Source: Promethearchaeota archaeon (GTDB taxonomy: Archaea > Asgardarchaeota > Lokiarchaeia > Sigyniarchaeales > SOKP01). Taken from it: a DNA stretch of 41,153 nucleotides. The notes under the pieces were generated by a model. It ran no database searches and was not told the DNA's origin. It saw only the letters and a program-made list of their open reading frames with translations. The stretch spans positions 1-41,153 of the forward strand of contig JAEOTR010000081.1 in the NCBI GenBank assembly GCA_016839705.1, read 5' to 3'. The position numbers and the translations under genes are program-made. Positions 9,984 to 20,198 of this stretch are shown here, one piece after another (position 1 is the first letter of the stretch; each line of letters begins with the position of its first letter).

Positions 9984-10532
9984 ATGAATCAAATGAGTGA
10001 AAGAACTAGTTTTAAAAGATTTCCGGCAATACACTGTTGGATAAAACATATTACTGAGAGTGAATATGATGAAAAAAAGAATATTTTTCATACAATCTTT
10101 GGAAAGGTTAAAAGGGTTCGGGTTATTGGCACAATAATAGAGAAAAGTGAGGAAATAACCGAAGTTGATGATTATAATTTTGGTTTGGAAGATGATACAA
10201 AAGAAAATGTACAACTGATCTTTAAATTGGACGATGGTACGAGTTTAATTAGAGCAATAATTGATACCGTTGATCCTGAAAATTATAGGAAGTTCAGTTT
10301 AGGTAATATTGTTGATGTTGTTGGTCGTCCTAGGAAAATAGATGATAATTTATCATTATGGATAGAAATTATCAGAAAAGTAGAAGAACCTAATTACATT
10401 TTATTGAGAGAAGCAGAAATAATTAAAAAAATCCAATCAGGAGATATACAGGATATCGAAGTGGTTGCTAATGAAGAACCTGATAATTTGTCGAAGAAAA
10501 TCGATGTAAATAATTTATTTGAAGAGAATTAA
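9984..10532 (+). CDS. OB-fold protein, RPA2/RPA32-like ssDNA-binding subunit
   Basis: VKRVRVIGTI, LDDGTSLIRA, GNIVDVVGR and EIIRKV match an RPA32-type OB fold. Confidence 0.75.
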   Translation: MNQMSERTSFKRFPAIHCWIKHITESEYDEKKNIFHTIFGKVKRVRVIGTIIEKSEEITEVDDYNFGLEDDTKENVQLIFKLDDGTSLIRAIIDTVDPENYRKFSLGNIVDVVGRPRKIDDNLSLWIEIIRKVEEPNYILLREAEIIKKIQSGDIQDIEVVANEEPDNLSKKIDVNNLFEEN

Positions 10533-10714
10533 TCATAATCGAGACTCACGAATTAGGAAAAACACAAGGGGAGCAGTCTAAACCTGGAAGGTTAAAACGA
10601 AAGACAATAATTTATGACTTTTTATACATTTTAATTTTATATTGAATAAAGGAAAAATTTTTTTCTAATGGTTTATTACCTAAATTTAAAGTAAAAAGGA
10701 CTGATGAAAAAATT

Positions 10715-11128
10715 ATGGATCTAAATAGTTACGAGGAGCTTTTAGAAAAAGCATATGAAAAGATTCCGGAAAATGTAAAGCGATCATCAAGATTCGAAAT
10801 CCCAAAAGTAAACCTTAGAATTGAAAGTCGAAATACGTTTATTACTAATTTTAATAAAATTATTAGCACGCTTAATAGAGATGGAAGGCATTTTTTGGGA
10901 ATTTTTTTAAAAACAGCAGGAACAATGGGAGAAATTAGAGGTCAGCAGCTATTTATGAAAGGTCAATATAAGGATCAGGTATTAAATCGATTGATTGAGA
11001 ACTATACAAAAACTTACGTATTATGTAGTATTTGTAAAAAACCCGATACCCAAATTCAGAGAGAAGGGAAGAAAAGTTATTTGAAATGCACCGCTTGTGG
11101 CGCTAGAGAAGAAATTAGGGAAAAATAA
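10715..11128 (+). CDS. eif2b: Translation initiation factor aIF2 beta
   Basis: YEELLEKAY, RFEIP, TFITNF, YVLCSICKKPDT...CTACGA. Confidence 0.95.
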   Translation: MDLNSYEELLEKAYEKIPENVKRSSRFEIPKVNLRIESRNTFITNFNKIISTLNRDGRHFLGIFLKTAGTMGEIRGQQLFMKGQYKDQVLNRLIENYTKTYVLCSICKKPDTQIQREGKKSYLKCTACGAREEIREK

Positions 11129-11150
11129 TATAATTGGAAAAGATTTATCA

Positions 11151-11447
11151 ATGAAAGTCTATCTTAAAGTTCACTACAATGAAGATAATGCAACTATAGC
11201 TTGTTGTGATGAAGAACTTCTAAATCAAGTCTTTAGAGAGGGGAATTTAAGGATTGAGATATCTAATCAGTTTTTTGGGGGGAAGTTAATAAATCTGGAA
11301 GCCGCTATTAAGGTGTTAAAGGAGGTTTCTTTTTTCAATATAGTGGGGGAGAATATAATAGAAAAAGCGATTGATTGCAATCTATTACCTAGAGATGGTG
11401 TTAGGTTAATAGGTGGAGTTCCAATGGCAATAAAGATGATGTTTTAA
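11151..11447 (+). CDS. DUF424 family protein
   Basis: IACCDEELL..FREG, FFGG, NIVGE, IGGVP.A. ATG at 11151 is preferred over the GTG that overlaps the previous gene. Confidence 0.85.
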   Translation: MKVYLKVHYNEDNATIACCDEELLNQVFREGNLRIEISNQFFGGKLINLEAAIKVLKEVSFFNIVGENIIEKAIDCNLLPRDGVRLIGGVPMAIKMMF

Positions 11448-12358
11448 TGCCGAATCGATTCTGTGCGATATGTGGAAAAAAAGTAGATAAGGGTTCACCT
11501 CACATTGGAATGTGTCTTAATTGTTATGCAAAAGAACACCCCTTATTCGATTTACCTAATAAATTCACAATAAATGTTTGTAATGATTGTGGAAGTTATT
11601 CCAAAAAAGACGTTTGGTTTGAGCCTTCTGAGGATGACTTATTTTCAATTCTGAGTGAAACAGTCCAAAAATTCTTATTAAACCAACTCCTAAAAAAGGG
11701 TCAAATAGAGCTCTCACATTCATTTAATGAGAGTTCTCTAGAGTACTCCTCAAAAGATTTATTGAAATCTGTAGAAGTAATTATTAATGGGACTTTGAAG
11801 GAAAACCCAAATGTAAAACATCAAATTGCAGTTCAACTAATCTTAAATCACACCTTATGTAGGAATTGTTCTAATATACGGGGAGGTACTTATTTTATAT
11901 CAATTCTACAATTACGATTTAAAGATGACAATCAATATGAATTCATCGATAAAATCTTAGAGGAAATAAATAATTATACTGAAAATCTTTTTAATAAAGA
12001 CCCAAGGCATTACATTTCAAAGGTAGAGGATCAGAAATACGGGGTAGATTTATATCTTAGTACAAATGAATTAATGAATCATATTATCAAATTTCTAAGA
12101 TCTCGTTATCACTTTTTATTAAAAAGAACAAAAAAATTAGTGGGAAGAGACAATCAGAAAGGTAAAAATCTGTACAGGTTAAAGGCTTCAATACAATTCT
12201 TACAAGTAGCCTTAAATGATACCGTGTCGATAAATGATGAGGATTATATTGTTGAAAGAATAACTAAAAGCAAAATAATACTAAGAAGTAAGAGCAATAC
12301 TAAATTGATAAAAGATTATTCTTATTTTTTCAATGAAAAATTTTATCAAAATAAATAG
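11447..12358 (+). CDS. nmd3: NMD3 family ribosome biogenesis protein
   Basis: FCAICG...MCLNC, VCNDCG, LCRNC.....Y..ILQLR, GVDLY, LVGRD. Confidence 0.92.
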   Translation: MPNRFCAICGKKVDKGSPHIGMCLNCYAKEHPLFDLPNKFTINVCNDCGSYSKKDVWFEPSEDDLFSILSETVQKFLLNQLLKKGQIELSHSFNESSLEYSSKDLLKSVEVIINGTLKENPNVKHQIAVQLILNHTLCRNCSNIRGGTYFISILQLRFKDDNQYEFIDKILEEINNYTENLFNKDPRHYISKVEDQKYGVDLYLSTNELMNHIIKFLRSRYHFLLKRTKKLVGRDNQKGKNLYRLKASIQFLQVALNDTVSINDEDYIVERITKSKIILRSKSNTKLIKDYSYFFNEKFYQNK

Positions 12359-12371
12359 AGAGGATTATTAA

Positions 12372-13217
12372 TTGGACGATTTTGATAAGGAATCTGAAGA
12401 GATTGATGATTTCATAGAAGAAAAATCAGAAAAAAAGTTTGATAATAGCATTGATCAATTAGAAAAAAAAGGTATTGATTATAATAGAATTAGAAACATT
12501 GATCAATCAAAGAAAAGGGCAGTCATTGAATCTGTATTTGATGAACGAACGGTATTTAATCTCAATAAACTATTAATAAATGGACCATTAGATCGAGTAG
12601 AAGGTGTTATTTCTGCAGGTAAAGAAGCTAATGTGTATTTAGCATATGATACTGAAGGAAATGAGGTTGCTATCAAAATTTATAAGATTGATAGTAATAC
12701 TTCAAGATGGATGAGAAATTATATTATTGGAGATCCAAGATTTAAAAAAATCCCTCACAATGTTTCAAAAACGATCTTCTTATGGGCAAGTAAAGAATTT
12801 AAAAACCTGAAAAGAGCTTATAAAGTTGGATTGAGTGTTCCCAAGCCAATTTATATAAGAAATAATATTTTAATTATGGAATATATCGGTTTTGAATCTA
12901 TACCTGCTCCATTGTTAAAAGACATAAAAACACCCAAAGAACCGCTTAATCTCTTTTCTGAAATTTTGAATTTTATAAAACAATTATATAATAAAGCAAA
13001 ATTAGTCCATGGGGATCTAAGTGAATTCAACATTTTATATCATAATCAACAACCTGTTATTATTGACATATCTCAGGCGGTCTCTACTCAACACCCTAAA
13101 GCTGAGGTTTATTTAGCCAGAGATATCAAAAATATTTTTAACTTTTTTGATAAGTTAGGAATACAAACATCAAACCCAGAAGATTTCTATTATGATGTGA
13201 TCAATATAGATGTTTAA
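12372..13217 (+). CDS. rio1: RIO1 atypical Ser/Thr kinase
   Basis: VFDERT, ISAGKEANVY, AIKIY, YIIGDPRF, KEFKNL, LVHGDLSEFN, IDISQ. Confidence 0.95.
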   Translation: MDDFDKESEEIDDFIEEKSEKKFDNSIDQLEKKGIDYNRIRNIDQSKKRAVIESVFDERTVFNLNKLLINGPLDRVEGVISAGKEANVYLAYDTEGNEVAIKIYKIDSNTSRWMRNYIIGDPRFKKIPHNVSKTIFLWASKEFKNLKRAYKVGLSVPKPIYIRNNILIMEYIGFESIPAPLLKDIKTPKEPLNLFSEILNFIKQLYNKAKLVHGDLSEFNILYHNQQPVIIDISQAVSTQHPKAEVYLARDIKNIFNFFDKLGIQTSNPEDFYYDVINIDV

Positions 13218-13262
13218 AAATTTTAAATACTTCTAAAAGATATTAAAAAGGAGAACCTTTTT

Positions 13263-13820
13263 ATGAGAATTGGAAAAAATAGAATAGCAGTTCTGATCGG
13301 AAAAGATGGAATAAAAAAGACAGAGATTGAAAAAACCCTAGGCGTAACAATCAAAATAGACAGCAAAACCGGTGACTGCGAAGTTAAACCTAGAATAGAC
13401 GACCCTAACTATATCCCTCTTAATGTTTACACTGCGGAAAAAATTGTTAATGCAATTAATAGGGGTTTTAACCCTGATAAAGCTATGAAATTAATGGAGG
13501 AAAATTATGATATGGAAGTATTTAACTTACTTTCAATTTTGGGAAAATCAGAGAAGCACATCAAACGAGTTAAAGGAAGAATAATTGGTAGAAGTGGAGA
13601 AATGAGAAGTGCAATTGAAAGGTTTGCTGAAAGTTTTGTTTCAGTTTACGGTAAAACTGTGTCTGTTATAGCAATCTATGAGGATTTACAAATTGCACGA
13701 AAAGCAATAAATATGTTAATAAAAGGTATGCCACATCATACGGTATTAAAATATTTAGAAAGGAAGTATAATGACAAGAAGAAAGAGCAGTTTAAACAAA
13801 TTTATAAACCAGAATTCTAA
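13263..13820 (+). CDS. KH-domain pre-rRNA processing protein (Dim2/Pno1-like)
   Basis: RIAVLIGKDG, AINRGF, RVKGRIIGRSG, VYGKTV, G.PH..V. Lies downstream of RIO1. Confidence 0.92.
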   Translation: MRIGKNRIAVLIGKDGIKKTEIEKTLGVTIKIDSKTGDCEVKPRIDDPNYIPLNVYTAEKIVNAINRGFNPDKAMKLMEENYDMEVFNLLSILGKSEKHIKRVKGRIIGRSGEMRSAIERFAESFVSVYGKTVSVIAIYEDLQIARKAINMLIKGMPHHTVLKYLERKYNDKKKEQFKQIYKPEF

Positions 13821-13823
13821 AAT

Positions 13824-14192
13824 TTATGATGAAAATGTATCATTACTCATTTTCAAAACTTGATTTCCTAAATCTTTCCCATATATTATTTCTTTTAATT
13901 CAGCTAAAAGATCATCCTGATTTATAATTTTTTCTACGGAATATAGCTCTTTAAATTTCTCCGTTTTGTAGTTTTGAAGGTGAACTTCAAAGCTTTTAAT
14001 GGAATATGAATCATCTTCATGAGATTTAAAGATAACTATACAACGAGGGTAAAGATTTTTCTCTCTCAGGAAAATAGCCCATCCATCATAGTAAATTTCA
14101 GTGTTAAAATAAAAGATATCTCCCCAAAACCGTAATCGATTTAGAATTTCTTCGATTTCATCTTGTATTTCGTGAGAAAATTTGTTATTCAT
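13824..14192 (-). CDS. Hypothetical protein downstream of ftsZ
   Basis: 122-aa ORF with ATG start that fills the gap between genes. No family recognised. Confidence 0.7.
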   Translation of the reverse strand: MNNKFSHEIQDEIEEILNRLRFWGDIFYFNTEIYYDGWAIFLREKNLYPRCIVIFKSHEDDSYSIKSFEVHLQNYKTEKFKELYSVEKIINQDDLLAELKEIIYGKDLGNQVLKMSNDTFSS

Positions 14193-14233
14193 ACCAATTA
14201 ATTTAACTAGAGGTATAAAAAGGGATATGAAAT

Positions 14234-15340
14234 TTAATCGAATGTAACTTCACTAATATTAAAAATATCATCTGATAAACTTATCTTTGACGGTTTAATA
14301 GTTGTTTGATAAGTTGGTTTATTCATTGAATACCCACTCCCAAAAATTTGAGGAGATTTAATCCCTGTTATCAAAAGCATAACTCTGATAAATCCATCAA
14401 ATTCATCCGAAACCCTAGCACCCCAAATCACCATAGAATCATTCACATCCATTTTTTCAGAAATTTTCTTAGCAACTGAATTTGCTTCTGCGAGTGTCAT
14501 ATCATTTCCTCCACAAATATGAATTAAGGCTCCTTTTGCTCCCTCAATACTTACGTCTAATAAGGGAGTATTCAATGCATCATTAATTGCATCCTCAACT
14601 CGATTATCATTTTTGTTTGATTCACCAACACCCACAATAGCAACACCACCTGTACTTAATATTGTTCTGACATCTGCGAAATCTAAATTGATCAAAGATG
14701 GTAAAGAGATTGTTTCTGTAATCCCTTTTACCATTGTTGCTAAAACTTCATCAGCTACGCTAAATGCTTCAATTATTGGTAAATTAGGGGCAATTTCTAA
14801 TAACCTATTATTATCAATTACTACTAAAGTATCAACGTAACGCTTTAGAAGATTTAAACCTATTTTGGCCTTATCAATACGTCCTATTTCTGTATCAAAT
14901 GGTAATGTCACAACACCTACGACTATTGCTCCTTCTAGTTTTGCTATTTCTGCCACAATTGGGGCGCTTCCTGTACCAGTACCTCCTCCTTCACCACAGG
15001 TAATAAACACTAAATTAGATTCCCTTAAAACTTTGGTTAAATCTTCCCGAGATTCTTCAGCTGCGGCTCTTCCAACTTCTGGATTTCCCCCCGCACCTAA
15101 TCCTTTTGTGAGATTCTTACCAATTAATATTTTAACATGTGACTCAACACTATCTAGATGTTGGCAATCAGTGTTAACTGCTACACATGTTGCTCCTCTA
15201 ATTCCTATCTTCATTAATCTATCAATTGTATTATTTCCCGCGCCACCGCAACCTATAATCTTTATATTAGCATACCCAAAATTTTCTACCGCTGGTCGGA
15301 TTATTTCTCTTTTACGTGCCTTTTTAATAAAAGATTCCAT
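14234..15340 (-). CDS. ftsZ: Cell division protein FtsZ (FtsZ2-like)
   Basis: GCGGAGNN, NTD, GLGAGG.P, GGGTGTG, and T7 loop INLDFAD. The FG motif before the first beta strand and PSLINLD resemble the archaeal FtsZ2 clade. Confidence 0.95.
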   Translation of the reverse strand: MESFIKKARKREIIRPAVENFGYANIKIIGCGGAGNNTIDRLMKIGIRGATCVAVNTDCQHLDSVESHVKILIGKNLTKGLGAGGNPEVGRAAAEESREDLTKVLRESNLVFITCGEGGGTGTGSAPIVAEIAKLEGAIVVGVVTLPFDTEIGRIDKAKIGLNLLKRYVDTLVVIDNNRLLEIAPNLPIIEAFSVADEVLATMVKGITETISLPSLINLDFADVRTILSTGGVAIVGVGESNKNDNRVEDAINDALNTPLLDVSIEGAKGALIHICGGNDMTLAEANSVAKKISEKMDVNDSMVIWGARVSDEFDGFIRVMLLITGIKSPQIFGSGYSMNKPTYQTTIKPSKISLSDDIFNISEVTFD

Positions 15341-15440
15341 AATTTCTCCTTTCAGTCATTTATACTACAAAAAAATAAGAATAAAAAAATTAGAATTAAT
15401 GTATTATTAGGATATTATGTGCTAATAATCATAATTTACC

Positions 15441-16676
15441 TTACATTAAGGAAAAATCCTTATCAAGAATTGGATCAAAGATTGGGATAAAGTTTTCATC
15501 CTTTATAAGAACCATTTTTGGTAAAGGGTAAGGAAAGCGATTTGAAAAAGTTAAACAATAAGCACCAGTGTTAGCTACAAGCACAAATTCTTGCTCTGTT
15601 AAATTTTTGGTAAAAAAGTAGTTCTTTGCTAATACATCTTGGTCCGTAGGAACAATCCCTGCAATTGAAGTCTTGTATTTATGAGGTTCATTAATTTGAG
15701 AAGCATTATAAAACCTCAAAGAACATCGTGCAAATTTTGGACAGATATGATTACCTATATTTAAAAATATCCACCGATTTTCATTCACCTTGACAATTTT
15801 AGTTATAAACATTCCAGAATCTCCAACAAAATATCTTCCCGGTTCAAACGAGATACTGTCAAAGCTAATTCCAGATTTATCTAGTATACTTTTTATATCC
15901 TGAGCAACTTCCTTTAATTTTTTTTGAGGCATTACAGTCGCTTCTGGGAATCCTCCACCTAGATTTATATTCCTTATATTTATATCATGCTTTAATAATA
16001 GATTCAGACTAGTGACCAAAGAACTTATGTTTTTTTCAAATTGATCGATATTGTTCATTTGAGTACCGAAATGGGATAAAATTGAGGTTAGATTAACATT
16101 ATGATAGCTTTCTATTGTTTTTTTGAGAATGTCTATATTATTAGCACTTAAAATCACTCCTAAGTTACTATCATATTTCTGGGAATTTACTCTAATACAA
16201 ATATTTTGAACCCAGTTATATTCTTGGGCTATAGAATTTATTTTCTTGAGATCATTTAAATTGTATACAATTATTTCTTTTACTCTATTTTTAATACTTA
16301 AATCTATTAGGTCTTCTGGTAAATACGGACCACCTATAATTATTTTTTGAGGTGAAAAGCCAACACTCAATGCTAATTTAAATTCTGGTAGACCTACAAT
16401 TTGTGCACCCACACCTTCAGAATTAATAATCTTACAAATATCGGGAAGATAATTAGCTTTCATTGAATAAAAACTTTGGAAATTATCAAAGATTTCATTG
16501 AATACCATATTGAAAGATTTTATATTGTCTCTAATTCTATTTTCAAGGAATACCATCAATGGTGTCTCAAATTTCCTTATCAACTCATCCAGGGGTAATG
16601 AATCGATGATTATTTTTCCATTTTTTCTAATTATATATGGATTTCCTGAGATCTTCTTCATATTTTCATCATTCAT
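15441..16676 (-). CDS. PLP-dependent Orn/DAP/Arg decarboxylase-family protein (LysA-like, divergent)
   Basis: YSMKAN (PLP lysine), HFGTQ, NLGGGF, EPGRY, GAY. Confidence 0.82.
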   Translation of the reverse strand: MNDENMKKISGNPYIIRKNGKIIIDSLPLDELIRKFETPLMVFLENRIRDNIKSFNMVFNEIFDNFQSFYSMKANYLPDICKIINSEGVGAQIVGLPEFKLALSVGFSPQKIIIGGPYLPEDLIDLSIKNRVKEIIVYNLNDLKKINSIAQEYNWVQNICIRVNSQKYDSNLGVILSANNIDILKKTIESYHNVNLTSILSHFGTQMNNIDQFEKNISSLVTSLNLLLKHDINIRNINLGGGFPEATVMPQKKLKEVAQDIKSILDKSGISFDSISFEPGRYFVGDSGMFITKIVKVNENRWIFLNIGNHICPKFARCSLRFYNASQINEPHKYKTSIAGIVPTDQDVLAKNYFFTKNLTEQEFVLVANTGAYCLTFSNRFPYPLPKMVLIKDENFIPIFDPILDKDFSLM

Positions 16677-17970
16677 TTATTTTAATTAAATTTTGATATG
16701 TTTGATGTGTTTTTTCAGCAACGATTTCCCAAGTATAATTTTGAGATACTTTTAATTGACCTGCAATACCAAGTTTTTTCCGCAATTTCTTATTTTTTAG
16801 TAATTTAATTACTTTTTGAGCCGTATCTATAGGATCATCAAATGTAACTAAGAGTCCATCAATATTTTCTCGAATCACTTCAGGAGTAGCTCCAATTTGT
16901 GCCCCGATAACGGGTATTCCCGCAGCCCAAGCTTCCAAAAATGCTATTCCAAAGGCATCGCTCCTACTTGGCATTACAAATAAATCAGCCTCTTTGAAAG
17001 CCGTTAATTTTTTTTTGTCGTAATAACCAGTTAAATTATCCGGAGTAAAATTAATTATTCTAGAATCTCTAAGTTTCTGAATTTTAGATAATTCATGGTT
17101 AAAAGCTTTTGTAGGGGGACCAATAAAAACAAAATATACTTTTTTAATTTTCTCTAGAATGTAAGGAATTGACTTTAAAACCGTCAAAGCTCCTTTTTCA
17201 TAATTTTTATTGCCACAATATAAAACGAGTTTATATTTTTTCTCTTTTTTTTTGAAAAAGTTTTGTTTAAAATAATATTGATTTAATTTCGTGCTATGCA
17301 CACTTTCAAAAATTTCATAATCTACTCCCATTGAAATAACTTTTATTTTATCTTCTTGGATTTTGAAATTTTTTATGAGAACTTCTTTTTCAAGGTTAGT
17401 ACAGGCAATTATCATATCAAATTTTTTTAAAATCTCAATTAGAGTTGAATCCGAATACCGAGGATTAGAAAAGTGGAAAAAAGGAGTACAAATAACGGGT
17501 TTATTAATACTCTTTCCTACTATCAAGCTTACGATTAAGTTGAAGTAAGGATAAAAAGTTGTATGGATTAAATCATATGTCAATAATTCTTGTTTTAGAA
17601 AATAATCTATTAAATTTCCTAAGTATGGTCCATTTTTAATGAATCTCCTTATTAAATTATCTGAAAGGTCTAGCGAATTAAAGAAAGGAGTTTTTTTTAG
17701 TTTTTGAAGCGCTTCTTCTTCGGAAATATTATGATGTATGGAAAATCTATTTACTTTCAAGGAATTTACTTCATTGTGAAACCTATTGTTCCCCATTATT
17801 ACTTTTCCCTTGGGATCTCTTAAAGCTTTAAAATCAATAGCATTAGAAGTATATATATCTATTTTATAGTTAAAATTTGCTGTTAAAATCTCTGCCATTC
17901 TTTGAAAGTAAAATTCTGCACCAGAAATGGATGGAAAATACCTAGTGGGAAGATATAAGATATTATTCAA
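16669..17970 (-). CDS. Glycosyltransferase family 4 (GT-B fold)
   Basis: YFPSISGAE, GVD, KG, DLFVMPSRSDAFGIAFLEAWAAG.PVI. Confidence 0.9.
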   Translation of the reverse strand: MNNILYLPTRYFPSISGAEFYFQRMAEILTANFNYKIDIYTSNAIDFKALRDPKGKVIMGNNRFHNEVNSLKVNRFSIHHNISEEEALQKLKKTPFFNSLDLSDNLIRRFIKNGPYLGNLIDYFLKQELLTYDLIHTTFYPYFNLIVSLIVGKSINKPVICTPFFHFSNPRYSDSTLIEILKKFDMIIACTNLEKEVLIKNFKIQEDKIKVISMGVDYEIFESVHSTKLNQYYFKQNFFKKKEKKYKLVLYCGNKNYEKGALTVLKSIPYILEKIKKVYFVFIGPPTKAFNHELSKIQKLRDSRIINFTPDNLTGYYDKKKLTAFKEADLFVMPSRSDAFGIAFLEAWAAGIPVIGAQIGATPEVIRENIDGLLVTFDDPIDTAQKVIKLLKNKKLRKKLGIAGQLKVSQNYTWEIVAEKTHQTYQNLIKINE

Positions 17971-18056
17971 TATTTTAAAGATCTTTTTTTATCTAGTGAT
18001 TATAATATTTTTTATGTATTATAGTATATTTAACGACGATTAATTTCTAAGATAAT

Positions 18057-18449
18057 ATGTCAAAAGAATTACTGTTAAAGATTTTTGAGAAGGTTAAACA
18101 AAAACAGCTAATTGATGAAGAATTCATTAGCTTCTTAGAACTTATATTTCCTGATAAAACTTCTGATGTCATGGAGACTTTGAAAAGAGGAATTACTAAA
18201 TATATTTATAAACCTTCAAATAGGGTAGTTTGGACGGCAATGGGAAGAAATCAGGAGCATCTAATTTATCCCAAATTATTTTGCTCTTGTCAAGATTATT
18301 ATAAAAGTGTGGTAATAAATAGAACCCGGGAATTTTGTAAACATATTATTGCTCAAGTCATAAGTGAAGCATTACAAAATTTTAAAGAAACAACTTTGGA
18401 AGATAAAAAATTTAAGGAATTAGTAAGTGAACTAAAATTACAAATATAA
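18057..18449 (+). CDS. SWIM zinc-finger protein (Sws1/SWIM7-like)
   Basis: FCSCQD...CKH SWIM motif. Confidence 0.8.
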   Translation: MSKELLLKIFEKVKQKQLIDEEFISFLELIFPDKTSDVMETLKRGITKYIYKPSNRVVWTAMGRNQEHLIYPKLFCSCQDYYKSVVINRTREFCKHIIAQVISEALQNFKETTLEDKKFKELVSELKLQI

Positions 18450-18496
18450 ATATAGTTTTTTGTTGAATTTTCATTTTAATACGTAAGATTTCCTAT

Positions 18497-19096
18497 CTAT
18501 TTAACCCGAATCTCTTCCCGATCCCATATCTTCAAATAATCATTAAAATGGTCTAAACTAATCTCACGCGGTATGGAAATTTTATTGGTAACTTCTAATT
18601 CCCTGATCTTAAACATTATTCTTTTATTTTTGCGATAAAATATTACTGCTTTTGGATATTCCTCCTGAAAAATTGTTTTTAATTTTTCTAAATCTACTGT
18701 TTCCAGTTCTTCATAATTATTTATAACAAAATTGCATAAGGGATCAATAGAAATTTCAAAGTTGAATGCATCGATTTGTTTTAAAGCAAGTGGATATGCT
18801 TGACAGGCCAATGGTTTAATGTTATGAACGGTACACCCCCTTTTTTTATCATAAAAAGGGCATCCTTGAGATTCGTTATCTAATCTTATCCGATATGTCA
18901 GAACCAGAATTTTTTCATTTTTAATATCAGGAAAAATGAGATCTTCGATAATTTTAAATTCTATTTCACGTTTTTTGGCTATTTCAATTAATTTATCTGC
19001 CTCATCCGGATAAATTGGAATTCTTTTAACATAATCTCCGGGTATTTCATGACAACAAGTGCCACCCATCATGCATTTATATTTTAAATTCGTCAA
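18497..19096 (-). CDS. YkgJ/UPF0153 family cysteine-cluster protein
   Basis: C..GGTCC, CPF....CTVH..KP.AC..YP. Confidence 0.85.
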   Translation of the reverse strand: MTNLKYKCMMGGTCCHEIPGDYVKRIPIYPDEADKLIEIAKKREIEFKIIEDLIFPDIKNEKILVLTYRIRLDNESQGCPFYDKKRGCTVHNIKPLACQAYPLALKQIDAFNFEISIDPLCNFVINNYEELETVDLEKLKTIFQEEYPKAVIFYRKNKRIMFKIRELEVTNKISIPREISLDHFNDYLKIWDREEIRVK

Positions 19097-19294
19097 TTCT
19101 AATCCCTTGAAATTTCTGTGAATAGGTTAAATTTACTTTATGTCTTCTAAGCATTCTCCTCAAAATAAATTTTTGATAATATGAAAATATTACTTTTACA
19201 CTAATTCTTGTGTCTACTAGGATAATACATCGTTTTTAAATTGATAAAAATACCCTATTATTAGTTATATTTTTGTAAAAAGAAGGTTTAAGAT

Positions 19295-20104
19295 ATGGAA
19301 GGAATTAGAATTGTAAATCGTAGTAACCTTTCTAAAGAAGATTTTATAAACCCAATATGCATTTTAGGTATGCCAGGTATTGCAGATATTGGTAAATTTG
19401 CCCTAGACTCTTTAATAGGGCAGCTTAATGCAAAAAGTTTAATGGATATCATTTTTGATGATTACCCCGCGGGAGCAATTGTTGATAATAGCCTATTGTC
19501 TGCCCCTAAAGCGGAGATTTTATATTGGAAAGATCCAAAAAGAATAAAAGATCTTATGTTAATAACTGCTGATGCCCAGAGTTTAACACCAAAGGGAATA
19601 TATCGGATTTCTAATTTCCTAACTGAAATAATCAATCAATATGGAATCCAACTCATAATTGCGCTAGGGGCCTATCCTGTAAGTAACAGAAAACTTGTTT
19701 CAAAAATTCCACAAATTTTTACAAGTTCTACTAATCGAGAAATACTAGATAAGTATTTGAAGGATAATGGTTGTCAAAAAATTCAGAAGGGTGTAATAAT
19801 TGGTGCGAATGGTTTAATTCCTACGTTAGCTAAAGCAAGGTTTAATATTGATGGATTAGTTTTTCTCGCAGAAACAGATAATATTGCAATGGTTAACGAA
19901 GATATTACTGATTTAAAAGCATCAATTAGTCTTTTAGAAATGCTTAAAAAATCGTTCACTTTACCAATAAAAAAGAAATATAGCTTAGAGAATATTGAAG
20001 ATATAACAAAAAATCTGCAAAATAAAAGAGATCAATTAGAAAATGATCTTGATTCACTTCAGCTATTAGATCCCGAGGATAGAAGAAAATCGTTATATAT
20101 TTAG
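19295..20104 (+). CDS. PAC2-family proteasome assembly chaperone (PbaA/B-like)
   Basis: GMPGIADIG, ADAQ, IIALGAY, IIGANGL, AET, and C-terminal LYI (HbYX motif). Confidence 0.88.
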   Translation: MEGIRIVNRSNLSKEDFINPICILGMPGIADIGKFALDSLIGQLNAKSLMDIIFDDYPAGAIVDNSLLSAPKAEILYWKDPKRIKDLMLITADAQSLTPKGIYRISNFLTEIINQYGIQLIIALGAYPVSNRKLVSKIPQIFTSSTNREILDKYLKDNGCQKIQKGVIIGANGLIPTLAKARFNIDGLVFLAETDNIAMVNEDITDLKASISLLEMLKKSFTLPIKKKYSLENIEDITKNLQNKRDQLENDLDSLQLLDPEDRRKSLYI

Positions 20105-20198
20105 AGAGTAACTTTTTTAACTTCTTTTTTACAAAACTTCTTATTATTTGCGGTTATTAAGCAAAAAGTATTTTAATTAAGAAATCTTTAGGAGTATT

